DNA of 64,000 nucleotides, taken from positions 189,489 to 253,488 of IMG/VR virus record IMGVR_UViG_3300028914_000001; one strand, given 5' to 3'. Positions 47,725-55,978 of this stretch are shown piece after piece. A program made the translations under genes and the position numbers. Source of the DNA: a virus (taxonomy: Duplodnaviria; Heunggongvirae; Uroviricota; Caudoviricetes). The notes below the pieces were generated by a model that was given only the letters and a program-made list of their open reading frames with translations, did no database searches and was not told the DNA's origin. The stretch's first letter is position 1. Every line of letters starts with the position of its first letter.

Positions 47725-48033
47725 ATGAACGTCAATCTGAGTAAACGTGAAATCATCGACATGATTAAGTCCGTTCCCGTATCTTATGGAAGATACACGA
47801 AGGAATTGAATGAAGCAGGTGCGTGGGAGTTTAACATGGACGGCCCAACTCATTTCGTCTGGAATGTCACCGTGCTTCTTACAAAGACAGAAGAATACCT
47901 CTACGAGTTCTACCAAAAACTATATCGTGGCGACTACTATTTGCCTGACGAAGAAATAGATTATACTCCGAAACCAGTGGAATTGCCTCTCCTGAGGCGA
48001 ATGTTTCCCGTGCTTAAACCGATATCGGTATAA
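47725..48033 (+). CDS. small protein ending in a capsid-protein-like peptide
   Basis: RBS AAGGAG; LPLLRRMFPVL versus LPLVRRQFPDL in the major capsid protein. Confidence 0.7.
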   Translation: MNVNLSKREIIDMIKSVPVSYGRYTKELNEAGAWEFNMDGPTHFVWNVTVLLTKTEEYLYEFYQKLYRGDYYLPDEEIDYTPKPVELPLLRRMFPVLKPISV

Positions 48034-48050
48034 GCATTGTCGCTTCCAGT

Positions 48051-48449
48051 ATGGAAACTTTGTATAACGCATACGACATGTACACATTGCAGGCCTGGAT
48101 GATGTTTCTTCCAGGACTGCTTTTAATAGTATTCCTGCTAGCGGTGTATATCGCACTGAAATACTATGCCAAGCGCACTACTACGAAAATCGACATTGAC
48201 GAGGCAATAAGCGACCATTGCTTTGTACTCGTCGATTTTAAACACGGGAAGTTTCTCGGTGAATACAATGACGAGCGGTATGGAGATTTTGTCGATGACC
48301 CGAGATACGCCTTCAAGTGGCTGTCCAAGAGGAGTGCAAAGGATGTGTGCGATGAATTGAACAGGAACCGAGGTTGGGAGCTGGAACCAATCACTATTTT
48401 AGAAGCCATGGTTATATGGCGGGACAAGAGACAAAAGGAAGGTACATAA
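48051..48449 (+). CDS. membrane-anchored hypothetical protein
   Basis: N-terminal TM helix. Confidence 0.65.
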   Translation: METLYNAYDMYTLQAWMMFLPGLLLIVFLLAVYIALKYYAKRTTTKIDIDEAISDHCFVLVDFKHGKFLGEYNDERYGDFVDDPRYAFKWLSKRSAKDVCDELNRNRGWELEPITILEAMVIWRDKRQKEGT

Positions 48450-48739
48450 TGGATAACAAAGACTCTGCACTAAACCTTATTCATGCCCGAATGATGCTTC
48501 AACATATTAACAACAAGCTTGAAGAGTATATCGGAACCCCCATTGGCCAGGATGCGGAGATGGCATCTATCGAACGGTATTTGCAGTCGGTAACAATGTC
48601 TATGGTTCAGAAAATCGACCCGGAGGCCACTACTGATGTGAGGATGCCTCGTATTAGCGAAGGCGGACGAACCATAGACTGCAACATAACTACCAGACAC
48701 CCAGAAAAATTTGGTATAAGTCTTGACATCGCTCGTTAA
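48449..48739 (+). CDS. small protein, weakly like a tail-sheath C-terminal domain
   Basis: TAATG-coupled; LEEYIGTP...IERYL...IDCNITTRHP. Confidence 0.55.
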   Translation: MDNKDSALNLIHARMMLQHINNKLEEYIGTPIGQDAEMASIERYLQSVTMSMVQKIDPEATTDVRMPRISEGGRTIDCNITTRHPEKFGISLDIAR

Positions 48740-48751
48740 ATTTTCTATAAT
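48723..48751 (+). promoter_or_regulatory. consensus sigma70 promoter
   Basis: TTGACA-N17-TATAAT. Confidence 0.85.
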
Positions 48752-48756
48752 ATGTG

Positions 48757-49015
48757 ATGGAAGGTTTTTCAGGCTGGTACCTGGAAGGCCGCCGAGCAAA
48801 GGAATCTGATGCTTTTCCTTATAACGGTAAGGGATTCTCAGAAAAAAGGCTGAGTTCGGAACAGCTCGTTAAACATTGCCGGACGGGGACCGTGACCCGT
48901 AGCACGGAGGCAAGCCATTTCGCCACAGGACTTGGCCGCCATCCCGTTACCCAACACCATGGGATGTATGGCATGGGGGTTCTCAGAGTCGACGCTGGGG
49001 ACCCCTTTCGTTTTT
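48757..49015 (+). ncRNA. candidate structured ncRNA (~260 nt)
   Basis: Consensus promoter, multiple hairpins, terminal hairpin plus U tract, no credible CDS. Confidence 0.55.
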
Positions 49016-49475
49016 AAAGTTTTTTGAAAAGAAGTTTCAGCTGCTCGGTTGAGTGAGGAGACAGGGTGAATCCCTGATGTTCCCAGTAACTACGGGCATC
49101 ATCGTCGAACGCCATCAGGGTTATGTACTGACACTCGTGCTGTCGTGCGTACTTGAATACATAGTCCAACATCGTGTTTGAAAATCCGTTACCTTGTGCA
49201 TCAGTCGCCACTTCGAACTCATAGAGGTGAAGATTTCTGGTTGTCTTTTCTTCGACATCGGCACAGGCAAGTCCGATAATCACATTCATGCTTGTGAATA
49301 CCATCCACTCGCCGTTATACCCCATCGTCTTTGCGTTGTCCATGATTTCTTCAGGGGTCTTGCCTTCGATGTTGCTTTCGTCCTTTTCGTAACAAATCAT
49401 CGGAAATCTCTTGATGGTATCCATGTTGGACAAGAGTTCCTTTACTTCTGCTGGGCTGTATAACTTTACTTCCAT
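49014..49475 (-). CDS. GNAT acetyltransferase
   Basis: FEVATDAQGNGFS, ARSYWEHQGF. Confidence 0.8.
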   Translation of the reverse strand: MEVKLYSPAEVKELLSNMDTIKRFPMICYEKDESNIEGKTPEEIMDNAKTMGYNGEWMVFTSMNVIIGLACADVEEKTTRNLHLYEFEVATDAQGNGFSNTMLDYVFKYARQHECQYITLMAFDDDARSYWEHQGFTLSPHSTEQLKLLFKKL

Positions 49476-49482
49476 TGTTAAC

Positions 49483-49953
49483 CTAGGTGAACTTGTATTC
49501 CATGACAGTGTAGTGCCCATAGCTTGTCAGGTTTTCGATAAGGAATTCCTTTATCCGTTCGATATCCCTGATGAAGTCACTTGTGTTATAGAATGCAAAT
49601 GCTTCTTTGGTGTTCATCAGTAGTTTATCCTTTACATGGTAGACTAAGTCCGTGAACGGGCGTTCGTGTAGCATGATATCATGGATAAAGGTGTCATGCC
49701 TGTTTTTTGTATTGGCTACGGCATTTATGGTTAGCTTGAAGTAATCGACAAACGGGAAAATCAGTCCTCCCTGACCATCGCATGAGGTTATGGTTCCTGA
49801 CGGTATCTGCTGGATTCCCTTCTGCATCACGTTATACTGATGTTGGCGTTCAAGGATATTGTCAGTTTCACCGAGTATGAAACTCTTCCTGTACAGAGGG
49901 TGTTCGAGCATGTTGTTCGCAGCAAAGTAGATGTATTTAGATACCATAGGCAA
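49483..49953 (-). CDS. GIY-YIG/T5orf172-like protein
   Basis: YIYF...ILGETDNILERQHQYN...KEAF. Confidence 0.45.
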   Translation of the reverse strand: MPMVSKYIYFAANNMLEHPLYRKSFILGETDNILERQHQYNVMQKGIQQIPSGTITSCDGQGGLIFPFVDYFKLTINAVANTKNRHDTFIHDIMLHERPFTDLVYHVKDKLLMNTKEAFAFYNTSDFIRDIERIKEFLIENLTSYGHYTVMEYKFT

Positions 49954-49969
49954 TTCACGTAAGTCTGGC

Positions 49970-49978
49970 TATAAACTA
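49970..49978 (+). promoter_or_regulatory. putative late promoter TATAAACTA
   Basis: Recurrent motif. Confidence 0.7.
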
Positions 49979-50001
49979 TATTTTGAAAATGGAATTCTGA
50001 C

Positions 50002-50505
50002 ATGCTCGACCTAAAATTATCTGTACAGCAGCCGATGGAAAATGTCTATCGAATCTTCGCTTACCCTGCCTATGCAAATGAGGGCGAATCTGGTGTCGCT
50101 CGGGCGATGGTAGTTAAATCTGGCGATGCGAACTTTCTATGCGACTTCGTCGTCAAGGATGAAGAGCGTGGCCATGGTGTCGGGACAATCCTTCTCGACA
50201 TGCTGATGGACCAGTTTGATATCAACTGCCTTACCGTCGAGAAGGGAAACGACATCGCCAAGCACATGTATGAAAAGGTCGGTCTGACCGATGATGAACC
50301 CGTCGATATCACACTGTTCAATAAAAATGGCGGACATGACCAGCATTGCATGTTGATGTCATCGTACAAGTTGAGCGATGATGAAAAGAAGGCGTTGGCA
50401 CGCCTACTGAACGAAGTGACAATGAAATTGTTCAAGAGTGTCTATGTAAATAAATATAACGCATCTGACCTGGATGTCGATGCGTTGTTAGATAGGTTAG
50501 GCTAA
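50002..50505 (+). CDS. GNAT acetyltransferase
   Basis: FVVKDEERGHGVGT, N..AKHMYEKVG. Confidence 0.85.
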   Translation: MLDLKLSVQQPMENVYRIFAYPAYANEGESGVARAMVVKSGDANFLCDFVVKDEERGHGVGTILLDMLMDQFDINCLTVEKGNDIAKHMYEKVGLTDDEPVDITLFNKNGGHDQHCMLMSSYKLSDDEKKALARLLNEVTMKLFKSVYVNKYNASDLDVDALLDRLG

Positions 50506-50506
50506 T

Positions 50507-52285
50507 TTATTCAACCTCTGGCCAGTTAGTCGAATTGGCTACACGACTCATTCCATCGAAGTGTTCTTCGTAGGTGCCACGAGTGTCATCGTCCTGTTCC
50601 AGCTGGTCGAGAACGGTATCGAGCGGAGTCTTTCCAGTCTCTTCATTCGGCGTGGTCGCCCATTGCTTGAATGGTAGCGGGTTTTCATGCCGAGGTTTCT
50701 TTACGGTTCGTTCACGAGGCAACGGGGTGTCGTCACCCATCATCTCACGCCTGAAACTCTCAAATCTGTATTCTCTGTCTGACATCGTTTCGACGACTTC
50801 TACATACATATATTCATCGTACATTTTCTGCAGACGGGATAGCACCTTGTCTCGATTGAAAATAAGCCCGTTACGCCAGATACGGCCATCCACGAGCTGA
50901 ACACTGTTGCTTCCCAGATATCTACCAGTTTCATATTTCTTTGTTATGAAGGTAATCGCTTGGAGTACCTTCATATTCTTCTTGATGGCTTCATTTATCG
51001 CTGCTTCGGCTTTTTCTGGTTGGAGTTCGCATCCATAATAGTTCAGCAACTCAATGAAAGTATCAATATCTAAATTTTCTGTTTCAATGAATTTGCCCAA
51101 TGTCATATTTGCGTAATTCGGGTTGCAATTTTCAAGGAACTCTTTCACTTTCATCATAGTATGTCGGTACGATTGATGTTCGCAGGTTTCCTCGTCCAGA
51201 AGCGGCATAACGTCCACCTGATGCGAGCGTTCTATAATTTTAGCCATGCCGTCCTTGATATAACGAACGACTTCGTCGTTGTTCGTAAGCAACTCGGTCA
51301 ATTCCTTGGATACCAGTTCTTTCATATCATCGGGATTTGTGCCAGTTACGGTAGCTGTTAAGAAATCCATTAGTACCTTAGATTTTCCTTGTAGAAGAAC
51401 CTCAATGGCATCAGGTTCGTTTTTATGCTGCGGAGTATTATATACAGGAGATATATATACCGTAATGAGAGGCGGATGGAATGTAAGCTTAAACTCAAAG
51501 GTGCGTTTGAAGTTGCCGGTGAACCTATACCAATCTTCATTAAGGTAAAAGTTAAGCAAATGCAGTAGATGGCCGTAATCTTCCTCGACTTCATTTTTCA
51601 CGTCGAGTGCTTCCAAACACGGCTTGCTGCAGGATTCGTTAAGAGGTTCCTTTGATTTCGGGACTGGCTGGGCCTCCTTGATTTTCAAACCAAAATACTT
51701 TTGGAAATTCTGGCGGAACTTGTTAATTGTGGCTTTGTCAACTGGTTTACCACTTGTCGATTTGAAAAACGGGAGTATTTCTTCATCGAAGTTGATAGGT
51801 GAGTTTGACTTCGACCACTCTTCAACTCGCTTCAATATAGCCTTTCCATTTTCACCAAAATCCTTTATTAGGGCATTTTTTACTGTCTCTTTGCAGCCGT
51901 TCAGATATCCAGTAAACTCTTTCATCAGTTTCTTTGCGTCGATTTGATTCTCGTTAATGTTTTGCTGAGTGTTTTGTTGTGCGGGCTCTTGTTGCTGATT
52001 CGTATTTGGCTGAGGTGGTTGCTGTGCAGGCTGTTGTTGTGCATTTGCCTGAGCTGGTTGCTGAACAGGCTGCTGTTGTGCATTTGGCTGAGCTGGTTGC
52101 TGAACGGGTTGTTGTGGCTGCGTCTGAACAGGCTGTCGTTGTGCCTGTTTTTGACCCGGTTGCTGAACTGGTTGTTGAGCGGGTTGTGCCCCGGCTTCCA
52201 TACAAATATTCCTTAGGGATACGATTTCATCCACGATATATCCGGGAAGATTCAATTTTCGTATTTCTGATTCAAACAACGTCAT
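50507..52285 (-). CDS. leader-tagged Gln-rich protein (putative internal head protein)
   Basis: Start MTLFESEI; F-x25-E leader; QQP(V/A) repeats. Confidence 0.75.
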   Translation of the reverse strand: MTLFESEIRKLNLPGYIVDEIVSLRNICMEAGAQPAQQPVQQPGQKQAQRQPVQTQPQQPVQQPAQPNAQQQPVQQPAQANAQQQPAQQPPQPNTNQQQEPAQQNTQQNINENQIDAKKLMKEFTGYLNGCKETVKNALIKDFGENGKAILKRVEEWSKSNSPINFDEEILPFFKSTSGKPVDKATINKFRQNFQKYFGLKIKEAQPVPKSKEPLNESCSKPCLEALDVKNEVEEDYGHLLHLLNFYLNEDWYRFTGNFKRTFEFKLTFHPPLITVYISPVYNTPQHKNEPDAIEVLLQGKSKVLMDFLTATVTGTNPDDMKELVSKELTELLTNNDEVVRYIKDGMAKIIERSHQVDVMPLLDEETCEHQSYRHTMMKVKEFLENCNPNYANMTLGKFIETENLDIDTFIELLNYYGCELQPEKAEAAINEAIKKNMKVLQAITFITKKYETGRYLGSNSVQLVDGRIWRNGLIFNRDKVLSRLQKMYDEYMYVEVVETMSDREYRFESFRREMMGDDTPLPRERTVKKPRHENPLPFKQWATTPNEETGKTPLDTVLDQLEQDDDTRGTYEEHFDGMSRVANSTNWPEVE

Positions 52286-52313
52286 ATATGCCAGCAAAAT
52301 CTTAATCTGATTA

Positions 52314-52322
52314 TAGTTTATA
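52314..52322 (-). promoter_or_regulatory. putative late promoter TATAAACTA
   Basis: Recurrent motif. Confidence 0.7.
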
Positions 52323-52345
52323 GCCTCGGGTGGATTATAAATGAA

Positions 52346-52371
52346 ACACCCACGAGATAGCCCGTGGGTGT
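52346..52371 (-). terminator. intrinsic terminator
   Basis: ACACCCACG...CGTGGGTGT hairpin followed by TTCATTT. Confidence 0.6.
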
Positions 52372-52393
52372 ATGTTAATGTGTTGATGGTAGA

Positions 52394-54217
52394 TTAGCTT
52401 TTGTTGCCTTTCTTCTGTCTGAATCGGAGAACAGCAACTTGTGCATTCATCTGAGCCTTTTCGTATGCGGTTTGCTCATTGTTTCCTTTCTTTATATATT
52501 CTGCCATAGCTTTCTTTTCGGCATCGTCATAAACCTTCTTCTCGTCTGGGGGAAGATTCATGTAAGATATTTTTCCTGACATGTACTGGGTCGAGCCTTG
52601 GGGTTGCTTCGGGTTCTGCTGTTGCTGTTGAACTTGCGGTTGTGCCTGCGGCTTCTGAGGTGTTGTTTGGTTTACAGGTTGTTCCGTACCTTTCTGCTGT
52701 GTTGGATTTGCTTTGTTTTGCTGGGCCACTTGTTGTGGCTGTGCGGCATTTTGAGTTTGATTATTGTTTCCCATGTTGTCAATCACCTTGTTGAGTGCGG
52801 CCTGACCTTCTTTGGCCCATTCGCCTTTTTGCATCTTGGCGAGAGCCTCCCTTGCTGCTTGGTCAGCCTTTTCAACTATCATGCTTTTGGGTGTCTTTTT
52901 ATCGACAGAGTATATTGTGATGTAATTCTGTTTGGTCTGGTCGAAGAACTTCTTTTCAGCGGCGTTTCGTGGTCCGTTGGTTGTATATGCAGTCTGTTGT
53001 CCACCCTTCTGTACATTAGTTCCTGTATTTACTTCCTTCTGTTTCTGTTGCATTGCGGCAATCTGATTTTGAGTTCCTTGCGGGTTCTGCCTCTGGAAAA
53101 CTGGGGCGATACCGTACTGCTTCCAGTTATTGTATTCTTGCTGGGAGATTATGTTGTTTTTAAGGAATTTCTGAGCCTGTGCTTCGTTAAACTTCTTGGA
53201 AGTTACATTTTGTGCCTGTTGCTGCGGCTGTGCTTGCTGTGGCTGTGCTCCTTGCTGTTGAGCTGGCTGTGCATTTGCGGGAACCTGAAGGTTACCGCTG
53301 AATACAGATGCTACCTGCATATTAGCCTTCTGCAATGCGGCGAGCGTCTGCTTTCCGATGAGGCCATCCTGAGATACACCTAGCTGAGCCTGTGCTGCTT
53401 GCACTTTTTTCTTTGCTTCGTTAAGGAGTAGGTTGAATGCTTCCTTGGTGTCATTGTCCATCTTGCCTGTTGCATTGATGTTTTCTGTTGCCTGAATTGC
53501 CTTGATTGTGTTAGGACCGAGTACGCCATCAGTAGCAAGTTTCAGGTTTGGATTCCTTGAATTTAGGAAATACTGCACGGTTGCGACATCTGCACCTTTC
53601 CTGAGCTGAGGTTGCTGTTGCTGCTGAGGTTGCTGTTGCTGAGGAGCCTGCGGTTGAGCTTGCTGTTGTGGTTGCTGTTGCGGTTGAGCTTGCTGTTGTC
53701 CGTTTGCCGCAGGTCCTGATGTGCGGACTTGGCTCGGTTCCCTTGTCATGCCCTTCGGAACTTGCGTCTGAGCTTGCTGTGCTGCTGGTTGTGCGGCAGG
53801 AGCACCTTGCTGCGGAAAGATATTATAGGACGACGGGTTGTTGAAATCCATTGCCTGCGGTTGATTACGCTGACGTGCCGGGTCTACAGATACTTGTTGC
53901 TGAACTTGCTGTTGTCCGTTTGCCGCAGGTCCTGATGTGCGGACTTGGCTTGGTGCCCTTGTTGTGCCCTTTGAAACTTGCGGCTGTCGGGTCTGCTGTT
54001 TTGCAGGTTGTGCAGCAGGTGCAGCGTTTTGTGGAAAGACATTATAAGACGACGGGTTGTTAAAATCCATCGCCTGCGGTTGATTCCGCTGACGAGCTGG
54101 GTCTTTTTCATCGCCTTCCGCTTCTAGGCATATATTGTTAATGTTCTTGATAGCGGTTTTCATCTCCGCTGGAATGTGCAGCGTATCAATAGACGCTTCA
54201 AAAAGAGATTTTAACAT
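52394..54217 (-). CDS. leader-tagged Gln-rich protein with two peptidoglycan-binding-like motifs
   Basis: GADVATVQYFL...DGVLGPNT and VQAAQAQL...DGLIGKQT; F-x25-E leader. Confidence 0.75.
   Translation of the reverse strand: MLKSLFEASIDTLHIPAEMKTAIKNINNICLEAEGDEKDPARQRNQPQAMDFNNPSSYNVFPQNAAPAAQPAKQQTRQPQVSKGTTRAPSQVRTSGPAANGQQQVQQQVSVDPARQRNQPQAMDFNNPSSYNIFPQQGAPAAQPAAQQAQTQVPKGMTREPSQVRTSGPAANGQQQAQPQQQPQQQAQPQAPQQQQPQQQQQPQLRKGADVATVQYFLNSRNPNLKLATDGVLGPNTIKAIQATENINATGKMDNDTKEAFNLLLNEAKKKVQAAQAQLGVSQDGLIGKQTLAALQKANMQVASVFSGNLQVPANAQPAQQQGAQPQQAQPQQQAQNVTSKKFNEAQAQKFLKNNIISQQEYNNWKQYGIAPVFQRQNPQGTQNQIAAMQQKQKEVNTGTNVQKGGQQTAYTTNGPRNAAEKKFFDQTKQNYITIYSVDKKTPKSMIVEKADQAAREALAKMQKGEWAKEGQAALNKVIDNMGNNNQTQNAAQPQQVAQQNKANPTQQKGTEQPVNQTTPQKPQAQPQVQQQQQNPKQPQGSTQYMSGKISYMNLPPDEKKVYDDAEKKAMAEYIKKGNNEQTAYEKAQMNAQVAVLRFRQKKGNKS
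53690..54103 (-). repeat. tandem internal duplication (~73-aa period)
   Basis: DPARQRNQPQAMDFNNPSSYN(V/I)FPQ...PSQVRTSGPAANGQQQ occurs twice, 219 nt apart. Confidence 0.9.
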
Positions 54218-54245
54218 ACAGATACCCTATATTGTATTCTGACTC

Positions 54246-54254
54246 TAGTTTATA
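54246..54254 (-). promoter_or_regulatory. putative late promoter TATAAACTA
   Basis: Recurrent motif. Confidence 0.7.
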
Positions 54255-54260
54255 GCGTCA

Positions 54261-55889
54261 CTAACCTGCTTCAACAGTGTTGATGGCTATCATGGTGTCG
54301 CTGAAATTAGTCTTTACTCCGAACATTCCTTTGTCACCTTTGTCGTACAGGGCGAAGTAGAAGGAATATATAGTTTCCTTGTTCGGGTGAATAAGGTCGG
54401 ATACAAAGGTTTTGTACTTGCTTGATGTATGGTAAGTAAAGTATAGGCGGCCATTCATCATTCCCCAGTCAAACCATACTTCACCCTCGGGTATTACCGT
54501 ACCGTCAGGCAGCGTAGTTTCGTCATTGCTGAGGTACTGGAATATGGTATCACCTGGGGTATCCTCGACAAACTGTATCGTCGCCTTGAACGTATATGAC
54601 GACTCGATGTCGCCGTTTGCGTTGTCGCCAAACCAGTTGAGAATCTTGCTCCAATCGACGTCATCCTCCACCGCATACCCGCCTTCGACTTCCTGACCAT
54701 TTCCGGGAGCGATGTTCGGAATGAACTTTCGTGTATCGTCGTTGACGGCAACGAAGTCACGCCCGAATCCGCTAAGGTCGCTCTCGTGAGAATTATCGTA
54801 GTCGAAGTTGAAGCGGAGAAGGTCGAACGACGGGACTTCCGAAGGTTTCGTGATGTCCTCCGTCACCGATTCGCAATAGGTGTAAACGGGAATGCCGTTG
54901 GCATCAAAATCTTTTGGAAGAATCTTGTAGTCGGTATTGGGGTCATCATACGGAAGACCTTCCGTATCCTTGTTGTATTCGCCGATATCACAGCGTTTCA
55001 AACCTTCGTGGTAAGTCGTTGTTGTGAAACGGTCGAACAGGAGCAACTGTTTTAGCGATACATCCTCGTAATACTTGCTGCCGTCCGCATCCTGTTTCTG
55101 CATAAGAGTCGTCGACAGCGTGTGTAGAATAGAGTATCCTTCCCTGATGGTCGGGCACACTGTTTCCCACAGCTTTTTCTTCTGCTGTATGATTTCGCTC
55201 GGGTAGACGAGTAGCTGTTCCTTGTGGATTAGGTCCTCGTCGATATTGAAGTTCATCTCGGCGTACTTAATCATCTCTGGGGTCTCGTACGGCCTGTGGT
55301 AAACACCGTAGCAGTCAATAGGATAACTCACCTTGAAAATCTGTTGCTGTGCGTCTGAGTCAGTAACATCTTCGTTCAACTCTGTCGTGTTGCTGCTGAT
55401 GACTACTTGAACAGGCCTAGGAATTTCCGGGGCGAAGTCCCACTCCTTAATGACTATTGTCCTGTATTCATTGAAGTACGGCTCGATGTTCTCCTTTATC
55501 TGGAAGATATCGGAGATGTTGTCAGCCTGAAATTGCAATTCAAAGTGGAATACATACGGGGTCGGCTGGATGTCACGAATCCATCGGTCGGCTGACCTAC
55601 AGAAAATCTCCCTCGCATAGGTAGGCTGCGGTCTGTTGGTCGAGTCTGGGCTGTTGCTCACGAACCTGATTGACCCTATTGGATAGGGAACGGTTAGCTG
55701 CTTATACTGCGTGCTGGACCAGAAGTTGGTAAAATTGGCATTGTTGTGGGTGATGATGGGAATTTTTGCACTTCTTGAGTATGTAGTACGATACATGTCG
55801 TCGTATTTGTTGACATACATGTTATTGAACATGTCTATCAGTCCAATAAGGATTTTCTCAATAGTTCGTACGTAGTAAAATGGTCTCAT
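54261..55889 (-). CDS. gp15: tail sheath stabiliser/terminator, T4 gp15-like, with C-terminal extension
   Basis: FYY.RTI...DMFNN...KIPI; PTPYVFHFEL...DIFQIKENIEPYF. Confidence 0.75.
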   Translation of the reverse strand: MRPFYYVRTIEKILIGLIDMFNNMYVNKYDDMYRTTYSRSAKIPIITHNNANFTNFWSSTQYKQLTVPYPIGSIRFVSNSPDSTNRPQPTYAREIFCRSADRWIRDIQPTPYVFHFELQFQADNISDIFQIKENIEPYFNEYRTIVIKEWDFAPEIPRPVQVVISSNTTELNEDVTDSDAQQQIFKVSYPIDCYGVYHRPYETPEMIKYAEMNFNIDEDLIHKEQLLVYPSEIIQQKKKLWETVCPTIREGYSILHTLSTTLMQKQDADGSKYYEDVSLKQLLLFDRFTTTTYHEGLKRCDIGEYNKDTEGLPYDDPNTDYKILPKDFDANGIPVYTYCESVTEDITKPSEVPSFDLLRFNFDYDNSHESDLSGFGRDFVAVNDDTRKFIPNIAPGNGQEVEGGYAVEDDVDWSKILNWFGDNANGDIESSYTFKATIQFVEDTPGDTIFQYLSNDETTLPDGTVIPEGEVWFDWGMMNGRLYFTYHTSSKYKTFVSDLIHPNKETIYSFYFALYDKGDKGMFGVKTNFSDTMIAINTVEAG

Positions 55890-55911
55890 AAGGCATCACC
55901 TAATCAATGAA

Positions 55912-55954
55912 TAGTTTATAATGTCTGGATGCCGAAGCCTGAAATTATAAACTA
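55912..55954. promoter_or_regulatory. back-to-back divergent late promoters
   Basis: TATAAACTA at 55912-55920 (-) and 55946-55954 (+). Confidence 0.75.
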
Positions 55955-55978
55955 TGATTGATTACTTATGGATGAGTC

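Noticed and set aside
48754-49017. 87-aa ORF
   Set aside because: No RBS, starts at the predicted TSS and runs through the terminator; treated as an ncRNA candidate, although leaderless translation is not excluded.
51950-53960. CAG/CAA-rich repeats as a possible CRISPR array or non-coding repeat
   Set aside because: They are in-frame Gln/Pro coding repeats with no constant repeat-spacer structure.
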